From: a virus
Taxonomy: Duplodnaviria; Caudoviricetes
Virus record (IMG/VR): IMGVR_UViG_2840054979_000001
Coordinates: 34,281 to 98,280 of that record
Length of the DNA stretch: 64,000 bases
Reading direction: 5' to 3' (one strand)
The notes beneath the pieces were generated by a model that saw nothing but the letters and a program-made list of their open reading frames with translations, did not search any database and was not told where the DNA came from. Below, one piece after another: positions 56,536 to 64,000 of the stretch. The translations under genes were made by a program, and so were the position numbers. The first letter of the stretch is position 1; each line of letters opens with the position of its first letter.

Positions 56536-56739
56536 ATGGATCAGGAGGACAGTGAGTTCGGCGATGTTGGCGACTCGTTCGCCGACGGCGACCCGACGCT
56601 CGACGACATCGACGTCGACGCCGTCAGCGCGCTGCAGGCCCGGTTCGACCAGATCAACGCGCTCGACGACCCCGCCGAACAGAAGGCCGCGATGAAGGCG
56701 CTCGTCGCCGAGATGCACCCGGAAGGCGGTGACAGCTGA
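56536..56739 (+). CDS. small acidic protein upstream of endolysin
   Basis: GGAGG SD; TGATG coupling to lysin. Confidence 0.6.
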   Translation: MDQEDSEFGDVGDSFADGDPTLDDIDVDAVSALQARFDQINALDDPAEQKAAMKALVAEMHPEGGDS

Positions 56740-58301
56740 TGGGCGCGGTCTACCTGCTCGACCTCGACGACTGGCTTGCCGAAGAGTTCGACGACGACGA
56801 GTTCTCGTTCGAGCCCGGCTGGATGACCCGGCACCGCTCAACCGGCGGCTACGAGCGTGTGCTGGCGATCGGCACCCACCACACCGCCGGCGGCGGTTCT
56901 GCGGCCGGCCAGGTGTCCCACGCCGTCAATGCCAACGACGCGCCGATCGGCGCGATCCACCTCTACGCCAATGGCCACATCAGGGTGATCGCTGCCGGAG
57001 CGACGAACACCCAAGGCAAGGGCGGCCCGCTGCACTGCTCGCGCGGCACGATCCCGCTCAACCAGGGCAACCTCTACATGGTCTCGATCGAGGCCCACAA
57101 CGACGGCATCGGTGGGGTCTGGCCAGAGGTGCAGCTGCGCAACTACCTGCGCCTCGTGCGGCTGCTGTGCCGCAAGCTCGGGCTCGATCCCGCCCGCGAC
57201 GTCTACGGACACGCCGGCTACTGCGAGCCCAGCTGTCCCGGCCGCAAGATCGACCCCGCAGGGCCGACACCGTCGATGCCGTCGCTCGGCGGCACCAGCG
57301 CGCCGCCCGCGTGGACGTGGGACGACGACGAGTTCCGTCGTCTCGTCATTGGGCTCGGCGATCCCGACCCCGGCCCCGCCCCGGGACCGGCACCAGGCCG
57401 CGTCCCGAACCCTCCCCGCACTGCGCAGCTGAGCAAGCCGCGCTCCGGCACGGTGACGGCGTCATGGTCGGCGCCCGACGACCCGGGCACGAGCGACGTG
57501 TTCGAGTACTTCCTGCAGGTCGAGACGAAGGCGAAGTCGGGCCAGTGGGTCGACGCCGGCACCACGCAGGGCGACGTTCTGTCGGCCGACGTTGCCGTTG
57601 CCAACAACACCGAGGCGCGCGTCCGCGTGCTGGCCCGCAACTCGACCGGCGCGTCCGGTTGGACGACGTCGAGCTACCTCGCGACCCACCGGCAGACAAG
57701 CCCGCCTCCCACGGCGCCCCCGCCGGCGCCGGCGCCGGGAGCCGGTGTCGCCGTGTACACGGTGGTGTCAGGTGACTCGTGGTGGGGTATCTCCCGGAAG
57801 CTCGGCGTCGACATGGGCGAACTCGTCGTCGTCAATCGGACGAACACGCGGGCCACGATCTTCGCCGGTCAGACGCTCGCCGTACCCGGTCGCTCGTTCA
57901 AGGTGCTCGCCGGCGAAGGCTGGTGGGCCGTCGCCCGCGGCGTCGGTGTGCCGCTCGACGAGGTGCTCGACGCCAACGACGCCACCGTCGACACGCCGCT
58001 GCAGCCCAACCAGATCGTCGCCACCGCCCGCGCGTGCCCGTTGCCGGCGTCGACGCTGTCGGAAGGGTCGCGCGGTGACGCCGTGGAGCAGCTGCAGACC
58101 TGGCTCAAGAGCTACGAGCCCGGCTGGTACGACGCCACCGTCGACGGTGTCTACGGACCGGCGACACGGCAGGCGGTCCGCTGGCTCCAGGAACGAATGA
58201 AGACGTGGACGAGCGATCTGTACCAAGCGACCGTCGACGGCCAGTACGGCCGTCGCACCATCGAGGACGGCTGCACGTTCATCGCCCGGCTCGGAGTCTG
58301 A
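56739..58301 (+). CDS. endolysin: N-acetylmuramoyl-L-alanine amidase + FN3 + 2x LysM + PG-binding domain
   Basis: HHTA, SIEA.N, GH...RKIDP; YTVVSGDSWWGIS; GSRGDAV..LQ..L, DG.YGPAT..AV..LQ. Confidence 0.9.
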   Translation: MGAVYLLDLDDWLAEEFDDDEFSFEPGWMTRHRSTGGYERVLAIGTHHTAGGGSAAGQVSHAVNANDAPIGAIHLYANGHIRVIAAGATNTQGKGGPLHCSRGTIPLNQGNLYMVSIEAHNDGIGGVWPEVQLRNYLRLVRLLCRKLGLDPARDVYGHAGYCEPSCPGRKIDPAGPTPSMPSLGGTSAPPAWTWDDDEFRRLVIGLGDPDPGPAPGPAPGRVPNPPRTAQLSKPRSGTVTASWSAPDDPGTSDVFEYFLQVETKAKSGQWVDAGTTQGDVLSADVAVANNTEARVRVLARNSTGASGWTTSSYLATHRQTSPPPTAPPPAPAPGAGVAVYTVVSGDSWWGISRKLGVDMGELVVVNRTNTRATIFAGQTLAVPGRSFKVLAGEGWWAVARGVGVPLDEVLDANDATVDTPLQPNQIVATARACPLPASTLSEGSRGDAVEQLQTWLKSYEPGWYDATVDGVYGPATRQAVRWLQERMKTWTSDLYQATVDGQYGRRTIEDGCTFIARLGV

Positions 58302-58302
58302 C

Positions 58303-58884
58303 GTGGCGTTCGACCTCGCGCTGTGGCTGCAGAACGAGGACTACCCGGCCCGGCTGGATCGCTGGCTCGTCGCCGCGTTCGGCGAGGAAGGCGTCGTCTG
58401 GACCAAACTCTGGCAGACGCCGTGCCGAGTGACGCAGCGCGAAGAAGGCGCGAACTACTCGGTCGACCTCGCCGCGGGCGGTGTCGTCATCGCCGGCGAC
58501 GACGAACCCAACCAGGGCTCCTACTTCGCGGCCAACCACGCCAAGATCAACCTGCCCGTCACGCTGCCACCGGCCACGAACAGCCGCATCGACTCGGTCG
58601 TGGTTCAGGTGTTCGACATCCAAGCCGGAGGAACCGACCCCGGCGTCGACCCGATCGTGCGGCCCCGCGTCATCCCAGGCGTCGCATCCGCGACCCCGGC
58701 ACCGCCCGCGCTGCCGCCCACGGCGATCCTGCTCGCCGAGATCACCGTCCCGTCCGGGCTACCGGCGGTCGGCAACGCACAGATCCGGGACCGCCGCGTC
58801 CTCGCCCGAGAGACGATCTACCGCGGCACGACGCCGCCGCCAGACCCCGTCGAAGGGCTGACCTGGTTCCAGCCAACCACGTAG
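58303..58884 (+). CDS. minor tail protein
   Basis: A..DR, QGSY, RID.VV.QV.D, P.LP..A..LA.I.V, I.DRR. Confidence 0.75.
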   Translation: MAFDLALWLQNEDYPARLDRWLVAAFGEEGVVWTKLWQTPCRVTQREEGANYSVDLAAGGVVIAGDDEPNQGSYFAANHAKINLPVTLPPATNSRIDSVVVQVFDIQAGGTDPGVDPIVRPRVIPGVASATPAPPALPPTAILLAEITVPSGLPAVGNAQIRDRRVLARETIYRGTTPPPDPVEGLTWFQPTT

Positions 58885-58894
58885 GAGGCCCGTC

Positions 58895-60793
58895 GTGATC
58901 CTCGACAGATCCGGCGACGGCGCCTGGGTGCCCGTCGACCCGTACACCTGGGATCCGGTCGCCGAGGACTGGGTGATGCTCAACGCCGTGCACCGCGTCG
59001 TCAACGGCGCGCTGGAACGGCAGTGGCCCGAACCGACCCCGCAAGTCACCGGATTCACGGTGACCCCTGTCTACTCGGCCGGCCCCGACCGGTACGTCAC
59101 CACGCTGACGTGGGACACGTTGCCATACTCGCCGATCTATCGAGTCGAGTACCGCTACGGGCCCGAAGGTGGCGCGCTCGGCGACTGGATGTTGTTCTTC
59201 GCGTCCACTGATCCGCCGCCGTCCGCCGGCTGGTTGCTGACGGGCCGGATGAGCTACCAGTTCCGTATCCGGGCCACGACGTTCGCCGGGACCGGCCCGT
59301 GGTCCAACATCGTGTCGTTCACAACCGGACCGACCAAGGAGCACGTCGGCTCCCCGGCCATCTCCGCGGCCGGCCTCACCTACAACGCCACCGCGGACCG
59401 CTACGAGATCGACATTCACTGGTCCGCGCCGCAGTTCGCCGAGACCTACGACCTCGAGTACCGCTACAACGCTGGCAGCGGCGTGAGCGCGTGGACGCCG
59501 ATCGAGGCCGACACGACAGCGAACATGCGCGCCATGACCGGCATGTGGGGCCAGACGCTCCACGAGTGGCGGGTCCGGGCGAAGAACCCATCAGGGGTCT
59601 CGCCGTGGTCAGCGACGTTCGCTCTCGTCACCGGGATGCAGAAGCCGTACATCGCCGTGACGGGCGGGTCGTGGGTGAACTTCGTCTACCGGTACAACGT
59701 CACGGTGTCGCGGCCGAACGTCGGACCGAGCCGAGCACAGCCTGGCTACTACCAGGTGACGTCGAGTGCCGTGTCGTTCCTACGGCACTCGAACGGGACA
59801 CAGCCAGCCGGTGTCGTATCGACCGTCAACCCGAGATCGGGCCAGACGAACGCCTACTCCATGACGATCGGCGCGTCGGGCGCCACCCCCGGCATCGTGT
59901 ACCGATTCACCTGCTCGTTCGCAGCCACGGGACGGGCCTCGGTCTCGGACATCACCACGGCGACACAACCCGCGGTCGCTCCACCCACCGTGCCGACCGG
60001 AGTGAACGGCCGGTTCACGTCCGGCCGGTTTGTCGCGTCGTGGAACGCGGTCACCAACGCCGAGCTCTACCGCGTCCGGGTCTATCGAGCCAGCGACGGC
60101 GTGCTGATCGGCGAGACGACAACGAGCTCGACGTCGCTCGCCGTTGGCACGGCGGGCCAGTACGCCGCCAACGCCGCGTACTTCTGCTGGGTGCGTGCCG
60201 AGAACGACTCCGGCGTCTCAGGCTGGGAGGACTCGCCCTCACGGATCAAGCGGGCCAACCCGCTGATGATCCACGCGACCACGTCGAACACGTGGCGCAA
60301 TGGCGTGTGGCGCAACGACGCTGACGACATCTTCCAGGGATACAGCCCGGCCGGCATGAACTACGGCGTCTACGGCTACGGCAACCAGTTCGCCGCGCTG
60401 CTCTCCCCGTCGGTGATCGGCTACTCGGTCGACGTCACCCTGTTCCAGACGTTCTTCTACCGACGCGTCGCCGGCGCCGCCGGCGAATCGTTGACCGGCA
60501 TCTACCTGCATAAGCAGCTGCACGCCGGCGACGGCACCTTCGACACCGCGATCGCCGGCGGCCACCGCCAGAACGCCGCCCGCAACACGATCGAGACGTT
60601 CACGCTGCCGAACTCGTGGGCCGACCTGTTGATCGCCGGCAGCTACCGCGGCCTGTGCCTGTGGGCGCCCGAAACGAACCTGGTGTCCGGCTACGGAAAC
60701 GTCGCCCCCCACTACCAGATCAACAGCCGGCACACCGTCGGGCTGTCACCGAACGTCAACGTCGGCACGTGCGCGATCTACCACAACGGCTGA
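58895..60793 (+). CDS. FN3-repeat tail fibre/receptor-binding-like protein
   Basis: Three or more FN3 motifs (YQFRIRA..G.GPWS; WRVRAKN.SG.SPWS; VRAEN.SG.SGW); AGGAGG SD. Confidence 0.75.
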   Translation: MILDRSGDGAWVPVDPYTWDPVAEDWVMLNAVHRVVNGALERQWPEPTPQVTGFTVTPVYSAGPDRYVTTLTWDTLPYSPIYRVEYRYGPEGGALGDWMLFFASTDPPPSAGWLLTGRMSYQFRIRATTFAGTGPWSNIVSFTTGPTKEHVGSPAISAAGLTYNATADRYEIDIHWSAPQFAETYDLEYRYNAGSGVSAWTPIEADTTANMRAMTGMWGQTLHEWRVRAKNPSGVSPWSATFALVTGMQKPYIAVTGGSWVNFVYRYNVTVSRPNVGPSRAQPGYYQVTSSAVSFLRHSNGTQPAGVVSTVNPRSGQTNAYSMTIGASGATPGIVYRFTCSFAATGRASVSDITTATQPAVAPPTVPTGVNGRFTSGRFVASWNAVTNAELYRVRVYRASDGVLIGETTTSSTSLAVGTAGQYAANAAYFCWVRAENDSGVSGWEDSPSRIKRANPLMIHATTSNTWRNGVWRNDADDIFQGYSPAGMNYGVYGYGNQFAALLSPSVIGYSVDVTLFQTFFYRRVAGAAGESLTGIYLHKQLHAGDGTFDTAIAGGHRQNAARNTIETFTLPNSWADLLIAGSYRGLCLWAPETNLVSGYGNVAPHYQINSRHTVGLSPNVNVGTCAIYHNG

Positions 60794-60836
60794 TGCGTCT
60801 CACGTATCATGATGTGCGACCCGAAGGAGGTCCGAC

Positions 60837-61262
60837 ATGACGTTCACCGTTTGGCTCCGCGACACCGCTGAGCGTGCCATCTCCACGATCGTCCAAGCGG
60901 CGATCGTGTTCGTCATCGCCGCCGGCGCCGTCCTCGACGACGCCGAATGGTGGAAGGGCCTCGTCGCCGCATTGATACCCGGCGCCTTCAACGTCATCAA
61001 GCAGGCGTTCGAATCGTGGATCCCGACACCGACCAGCTGGGCAGCCGACATGGCCGTCCGGGCATTCTGGACCTTCGTCATCACGCTCGCCGGCGCCGCC
61101 ACCGCCGCCGGCTTCGAACTGTTCTCCACGTCGGCCTGGCAGACCATCGCCCTCGTCGCCCTGACCGCCGCTCTCGCCATCGCCAAGGCCGGCCTCGCGG
61201 CACGTTGGGCCACCGACGAGACCGCACGCCTCACCCCGGCGAGCTTCGCCAAGGCAGCGTGA
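60837..61262 (+). CDS. holin, tandem r1t-like domains
   Basis: DTAERAISTIVQA and DMAVRAFWTFV; four TM segments; AAGGAGG SD. Confidence 0.75.
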   Translation: MTFTVWLRDTAERAISTIVQAAIVFVIAAGAVLDDAEWWKGLVAALIPGAFNVIKQAFESWIPTPTSWAADMAVRAFWTFVITLAGAATAAGFELFSTSAWQTIALVALTAALAIAKAGLAARWATDETARLTPASFAKAA

Positions 61263-61459
61263 TGGCCAGGCCAGCGCGTTCCTGCTGCGGCGCTCCGCCC
61301 GCGCCGGCAACCACCCCTCCGGCGCGGGCGGCGACAGTCGAGTACGTCGTCATGGGCACGGCCAACCGGATGTTCGACGCCGTCTTCCCCACCCTCGACG
61401 AGGCCAAGGCCCACCAGGCAATCCACGGCGGCAAGGTGCGGTCGCGATCGGTGGCGTAG
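61262..61459 (+). CDS. small hypothetical protein
   Basis: TGATG coupling; CCG N-terminus and F.T..EA.A....GG.V pattern. Confidence 0.55.
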   Translation: MARPARSCCGAPPAPATTPPARAATVEYVVMGTANRMFDAVFPTLDEAKAHQAIHGGKVRSRSVA

Positions 61460-61608
61460 CCCTCGGTAGAGTGGTTCTCAGCCGAGCAGTCCTACTTCCC
61501 AATTTGGATTGTCAGGCCAGAGGCCCCCGCAGCCGGTCCGGGATTTCCGGGTGTTGAGCTCCGCTCCACCCCCGGGTTCCTTTCGACGGACCGCCACTGC
61601 GGGGGCCT
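61460..61608 (+). ncRNA. candidate structured small RNA complementary to the leader motif
   Basis: Three stem-loops with G-U pairs favouring the + strand; CUUCCC loop; CGGGUUCCUUUCGACG. Confidence 0.5.
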
Positions 61609-61649
61609 TGCCTTCTGTCGTCGAATCAGCTACAGTTATAGAGGTCAAC
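61608..61649 (+). promoter_or_regulatory. class I promoter/operator
   Basis: TTGCCT-N17-TACAGT-N7-GTCAAC. Confidence 0.75.
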
Positions 61650-61655
61650 CACCAC

Positions 61656-61694
61656 TCCGGGAAGGGAAGCCCGGACGCTGAAAGGAACCCGATG
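61656..61694 (+). promoter_or_regulatory. AGGGAAG-loop leader, copy 9
   Basis: TCCGGG-AAGGGAAG-CCCGGA..GAAAGGAACCCG-ATG. Confidence 0.85.
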
Positions 61695-62165
61695 ACGATC
61701 ATCCAGATCGACCTCGACGTCGACGACCCCGCAGTCCTCGACCGAGTGCTCCTCCCAGGAGTCACGATGCCGGACCCCGACGACTGCATCCCTCCGATCA
61801 CCGTCGCCGACGAGCTCGTCACGCTCGTGCGCGACGCCGCGTACGAAGCGGTCGAACCGTTCGACGGCATCGACGTCGCCGATGTCCGCACCCGACGCCG
61901 CGGCGGCGTGAAGCTCGAGGTCGCCTACGAGTCGGTGACCGGACGGGTCGTGCTCGCCGTCGTGCGCGACGGCCACCAGGTCGGCACGGTCGTCCAGACC
62001 GCCGAGTACCGATGGAAGGCCGAGGCCCGCCGCTACGACCAGCCTCGGCTCGGCCAGCAGGCGCACGCGCTCGGCCAGGTGTTCTCCACGTCGGCGCTCG
62101 CCGCGGCCGCCGTCGTCGAAGCACACGACCGGCTCGGCGAAGTCACCACGATTGGAGCGTTCTGA
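61692..62165 (+). CDS. hypothetical early protein
   Basis: Conserved leader. Confidence 0.7.
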   Translation: MTIIQIDLDVDDPAVLDRVLLPGVTMPDPDDCIPPITVADELVTLVRDAAYEAVEPFDGIDVADVRTRRRGGVKLEVAYESVTGRVVLAVVRDGHQVGTVVQTAEYRWKAEARRYDQPRLGQQAHALGQVFSTSALAAAAVVEAHDRLGEVTTIGAF

Positions 62166-62350
62166 TGGACCCCGACGCCGCCATCAGGCTGATGCACGAC
62201 ACCGACCACGACCCCGAGAACAGTCGCGCCGCAGCCGAAGGCCTGCTCGACTGGCTTCGCCGTGACGGCTTCCCGCCAGCCGGCATGACCGCCGACCAGG
62301 CGTCGATCGACGCAGGCCAGGTGCTCGCCGAACTCGGGATGCCGGCATGA
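62165..62350 (+). CDS. small conserved actinophage protein
   Basis: MDPDA...L.DWL..GFPP pattern. Confidence 0.65.
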   Translation: MDPDAAIRLMHDTDHDPENSRAAAEGLLDWLRRDGFPPAGMTADQASIDAGQVLAELGMPA

Positions 62351-62928
62351 CGCTGTTCGACGACGTCCGCTCGATCATCGACGAGGTGATGGGCGGCGAC
62401 CCGCTCAACGACGCCGACGAAGGTCCGATCGGCGTCGACCGGGCCGCCGAACTCGTCCACCAGTACCACCGGCTCGGCGAAGACATCGCCGAAGCCGCCG
62501 ACATGTACCAGCGGGCGATCGACAAGCTCGTCGACGCCCGCAACGGCCACCTCGAACCGCTCGAGGCCGAGCGCGACCACATCGAGACGGTGCTGCGCCT
62601 GTGGCACGCCGCCCGCTACGCCGAGGACGGCAAGGCGACGATCAAGCTGCCGACCGGCACGCTGTCGTCGTCGAAGGCCCAGGACGCGTGGACCTACCAC
62701 GACGAGTCGGCGTTCATCACCTGGGCCAAGGACAACGCTCCCGACGCCCTCCGCCAGCCCGAGCCGCCGCCGATCCAGGTCGCCAAGACCGAAGCCCGCA
62801 AGTCGCTCGAGGCGCTGATCGCGATCAACGACGACGGCACCGTCGTCGACCGGTCGACCGGTGAGATCGTCCCCGGCCTCCGTGTCACCCCTGGCGGGTA
62901 CCGCGGACGTCACTACCACGTCAAGTAA
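62347..62928 (+). CDS. Mu Gam-like host-nuclease inhibitor
   Basis: Coiled coil then KATIKLPTGTL...W, K...K, TGEIVPGL.V. Confidence 0.75.
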   Translation: MTLFDDVRSIIDEVMGGDPLNDADEGPIGVDRAAELVHQYHRLGEDIAEAADMYQRAIDKLVDARNGHLEPLEAERDHIETVLRLWHAARYAEDGKATIKLPTGTLSSSKAQDAWTYHDESAFITWAKDNAPDALRQPEPPPIQVAKTEARKSLEALIAINDDGTVVDRSTGEIVPGLRVTPGGYRGRHYHVK

Positions 62929-62933
62929 CCCGT

Positions 62934-62977
62934 CGGCGGGGAGGGAAGCCCCGCCGCCATCGAAAGGAACCCTCATG
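62934..62977 (+). promoter_or_regulatory. AGGGAAG-loop leader, copy 10
   Basis: CGGCGGGG-AGGGAAG-CCCCGCCG..GAAAGGAACCC..ATG. Confidence 0.85.
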
Positions 62978-64000
62978 ACATTCACCCCGACCGTCCGACC
63001 GCCCACCGGGGTCCCTGCGGCGCCGCTCATCATGGTGTCGGGCCCGCCGAAGGCCGGCAAGTCCGTCGTCGGCTACAAGCTTGGCCTGTCCGAACGCATC
63101 GACCACTGCTGGGTGATCGACCTCGGCGAAGGCTCGGCCGACGAGTACGGGGCGCTGGGCTGCTACGACGTGCTCGAGTGGGGCTCGTCGTGGTCGAACC
63201 TGACCGACTCGGTGAAGTGGTGCGTGAGCCAGCGGCCCGCCGACGGCAAGCTGAACGCCGTCATCATCGACTCCGGCACCGAGGTGTGGGAAGGGCTCAA
63301 GGATCGAGCGACTCACCGGGCCCGTGGCTCGAGGAAGAACCGGGCCGAGCTCGCCAAGGACCCCGACTTCGAGGTCGACGTGTCGATGAACTACTGGAAC
63401 GACGCTGCGAACACGTGGGGCGGCATCGTCGGGCCGCTCAAGACGGCGCCGCACGTCGTCGGCGTGATCCTGGTGCGCGCCGACATCGTCGCCGAGGTCG
63501 TCAACGGCCAGCCGACGAAGAACAAGGTCGTGTCGCTGCAGGCCCACAAGAGCCTGCCGGCGACGGTGACCGCCCATGTCGAGGTGCGGCCCGATCACAG
63601 CGCCTGGTTCACCGAGGTCCGCTCGATGGAGGTGCAACTCCCCGCCAAGGGGTTGAAGCTCGACGCAGCGAACCCGCTCGGCCAGGTGCTCGACATGCTC
63701 GCCCCCGACGAGGGCAGCTTCGGTGAGTCGGTGGCCGTCAAGCCGTCCGACGACGAACGGCCCCGCGAAGTCGTTCAGACGGTGACCGCCGAGCAGGCCG
63801 CCCGGCTGCTCGAGCAGATGAACTCGATCACCGACGCAGAGACGATGAAGCAGGTGAAGTGGCGGTTCAAGGAGACGTTCGGCCTACCCGGCGACGTACC
63901 GGCGTCCAGAGCCGCCGAGGCGATCGACTGGGTGGCCGACGAGGTCGCCAAGGCCAACGGCATCACGGAGTCCCCTGACGGCGCTGAGGCGGCCGCCTGA
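62975..64000 (+). CDS. AAA_24/Sak4-like recombination ATPase
   Basis: Walker A GPPKAGKS, IDLGEGSADEY, Walker B VIIDS; adjacent to Gam-like gene. Confidence 0.8.
   Translation: MTFTPTVRPPTGVPAAPLIMVSGPPKAGKSVVGYKLGLSERIDHCWVIDLGEGSADEYGALGCYDVLEWGSSWSNLTDSVKWCVSQRPADGKLNAVIIDSGTEVWEGLKDRATHRARGSRKNRAELAKDPDFEVDVSMNYWNDAANTWGGIVGPLKTAPHVVGVILVRADIVAEVVNGQPTKNKVVSLQAHKSLPATVTAHVEVRPDHSAWFTEVRSMEVQLPAKGLKLDAANPLGQVLDMLAPDEGSFGESVAVKPSDDERPREVVQTVTAEQAARLLEQMNSITDAETMKQVKWRFKETFGLPGDVPASRAAEAIDWVADEVAKANGITESPDGAEAAA

Noticed and set aside
37856-60793. Diversity-generating retroelement or invertible fibre cassette
   Set aside because: No reverse transcriptase, invertase, or TR/VR repeat pair found.
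61491-61568. Minus-strand 25-aa ORF (GTG, MERSSTPG...) behind GAAAGGAACCC
   Set aside because: Low-complexity product, no hairpin leader, and G-U pairs favour + strand folding. Not fully excluded.
61460-61608. tRNA or SRP RNA
   Set aside because: No cloverleaf with T-loop/CCA and no SRP helix-8 consensus visible.
62883-62904. TGTCACCCC-N7-TACCGC inside the Gam-like gene
   Set aside because: Lies in coding sequence and the -10 lacks the final T; could be a weak internal promoter but is unsupported.
5118-62977. Leader repeats as a CRISPR array, REP/MITE or att sites
   Set aside because: Dispersed, always oriented and tied to RBSs, variable stems, no spacers, target duplications, cas genes or transposase.

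Overview
This window is a 64-kb piece of a high-GC tailed phage or prophage, probably an actinobacterial siphovirus, with most genes on the + strand. About 1-27 kb is an accessory and early region: C5 and amino DNA methyltransferases, ASCH, DUF4326, J-domain protein, BCS1-like AAA ATPase, DUF1643, RtcB, HTH proteins, a 2OG-Fe(II)-like protein and minus-strand membrane morons. About 27-61 kb is a mycobacteriophage cluster-B-like virion module: portal, MuF, 2H-phosphoesterase/protease fusion, two capsid-fold genes, tail, tape measure, endolysin and holin. It is interrupted by an ~11-kb block holding an LPXTG surface protein, a TA pair, a DUF3560 operon and a divergent 1382-aa fibre-like module. 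About 61.6-64 kb starts another early operon (Gam-like protein, AAA_24/Sak4-like ATPase). No terminase, integrase, polymerase, tRNA or CRISPR array was recognised. The most striking signal is non-coding. Ten dispersed RNA leaders have covarying stems, an invariant (A)AGGGAAG loop and an extended GAAAGGA(A)CC ribosome-binding site. A ~150-nt structured intergenic RNA at 61460-61608 carries the complement of both the loop (CUUCCC, in its own hairpin loop) and the RBS (GGGUUCCUUUCG). Together they suggest a candidate multi-target antisense translational regulon. Three distinct repeated promoter/operator classes also occur, many feeding leaderless genes. All protein calls come from motif recognition by eye, without database searches.
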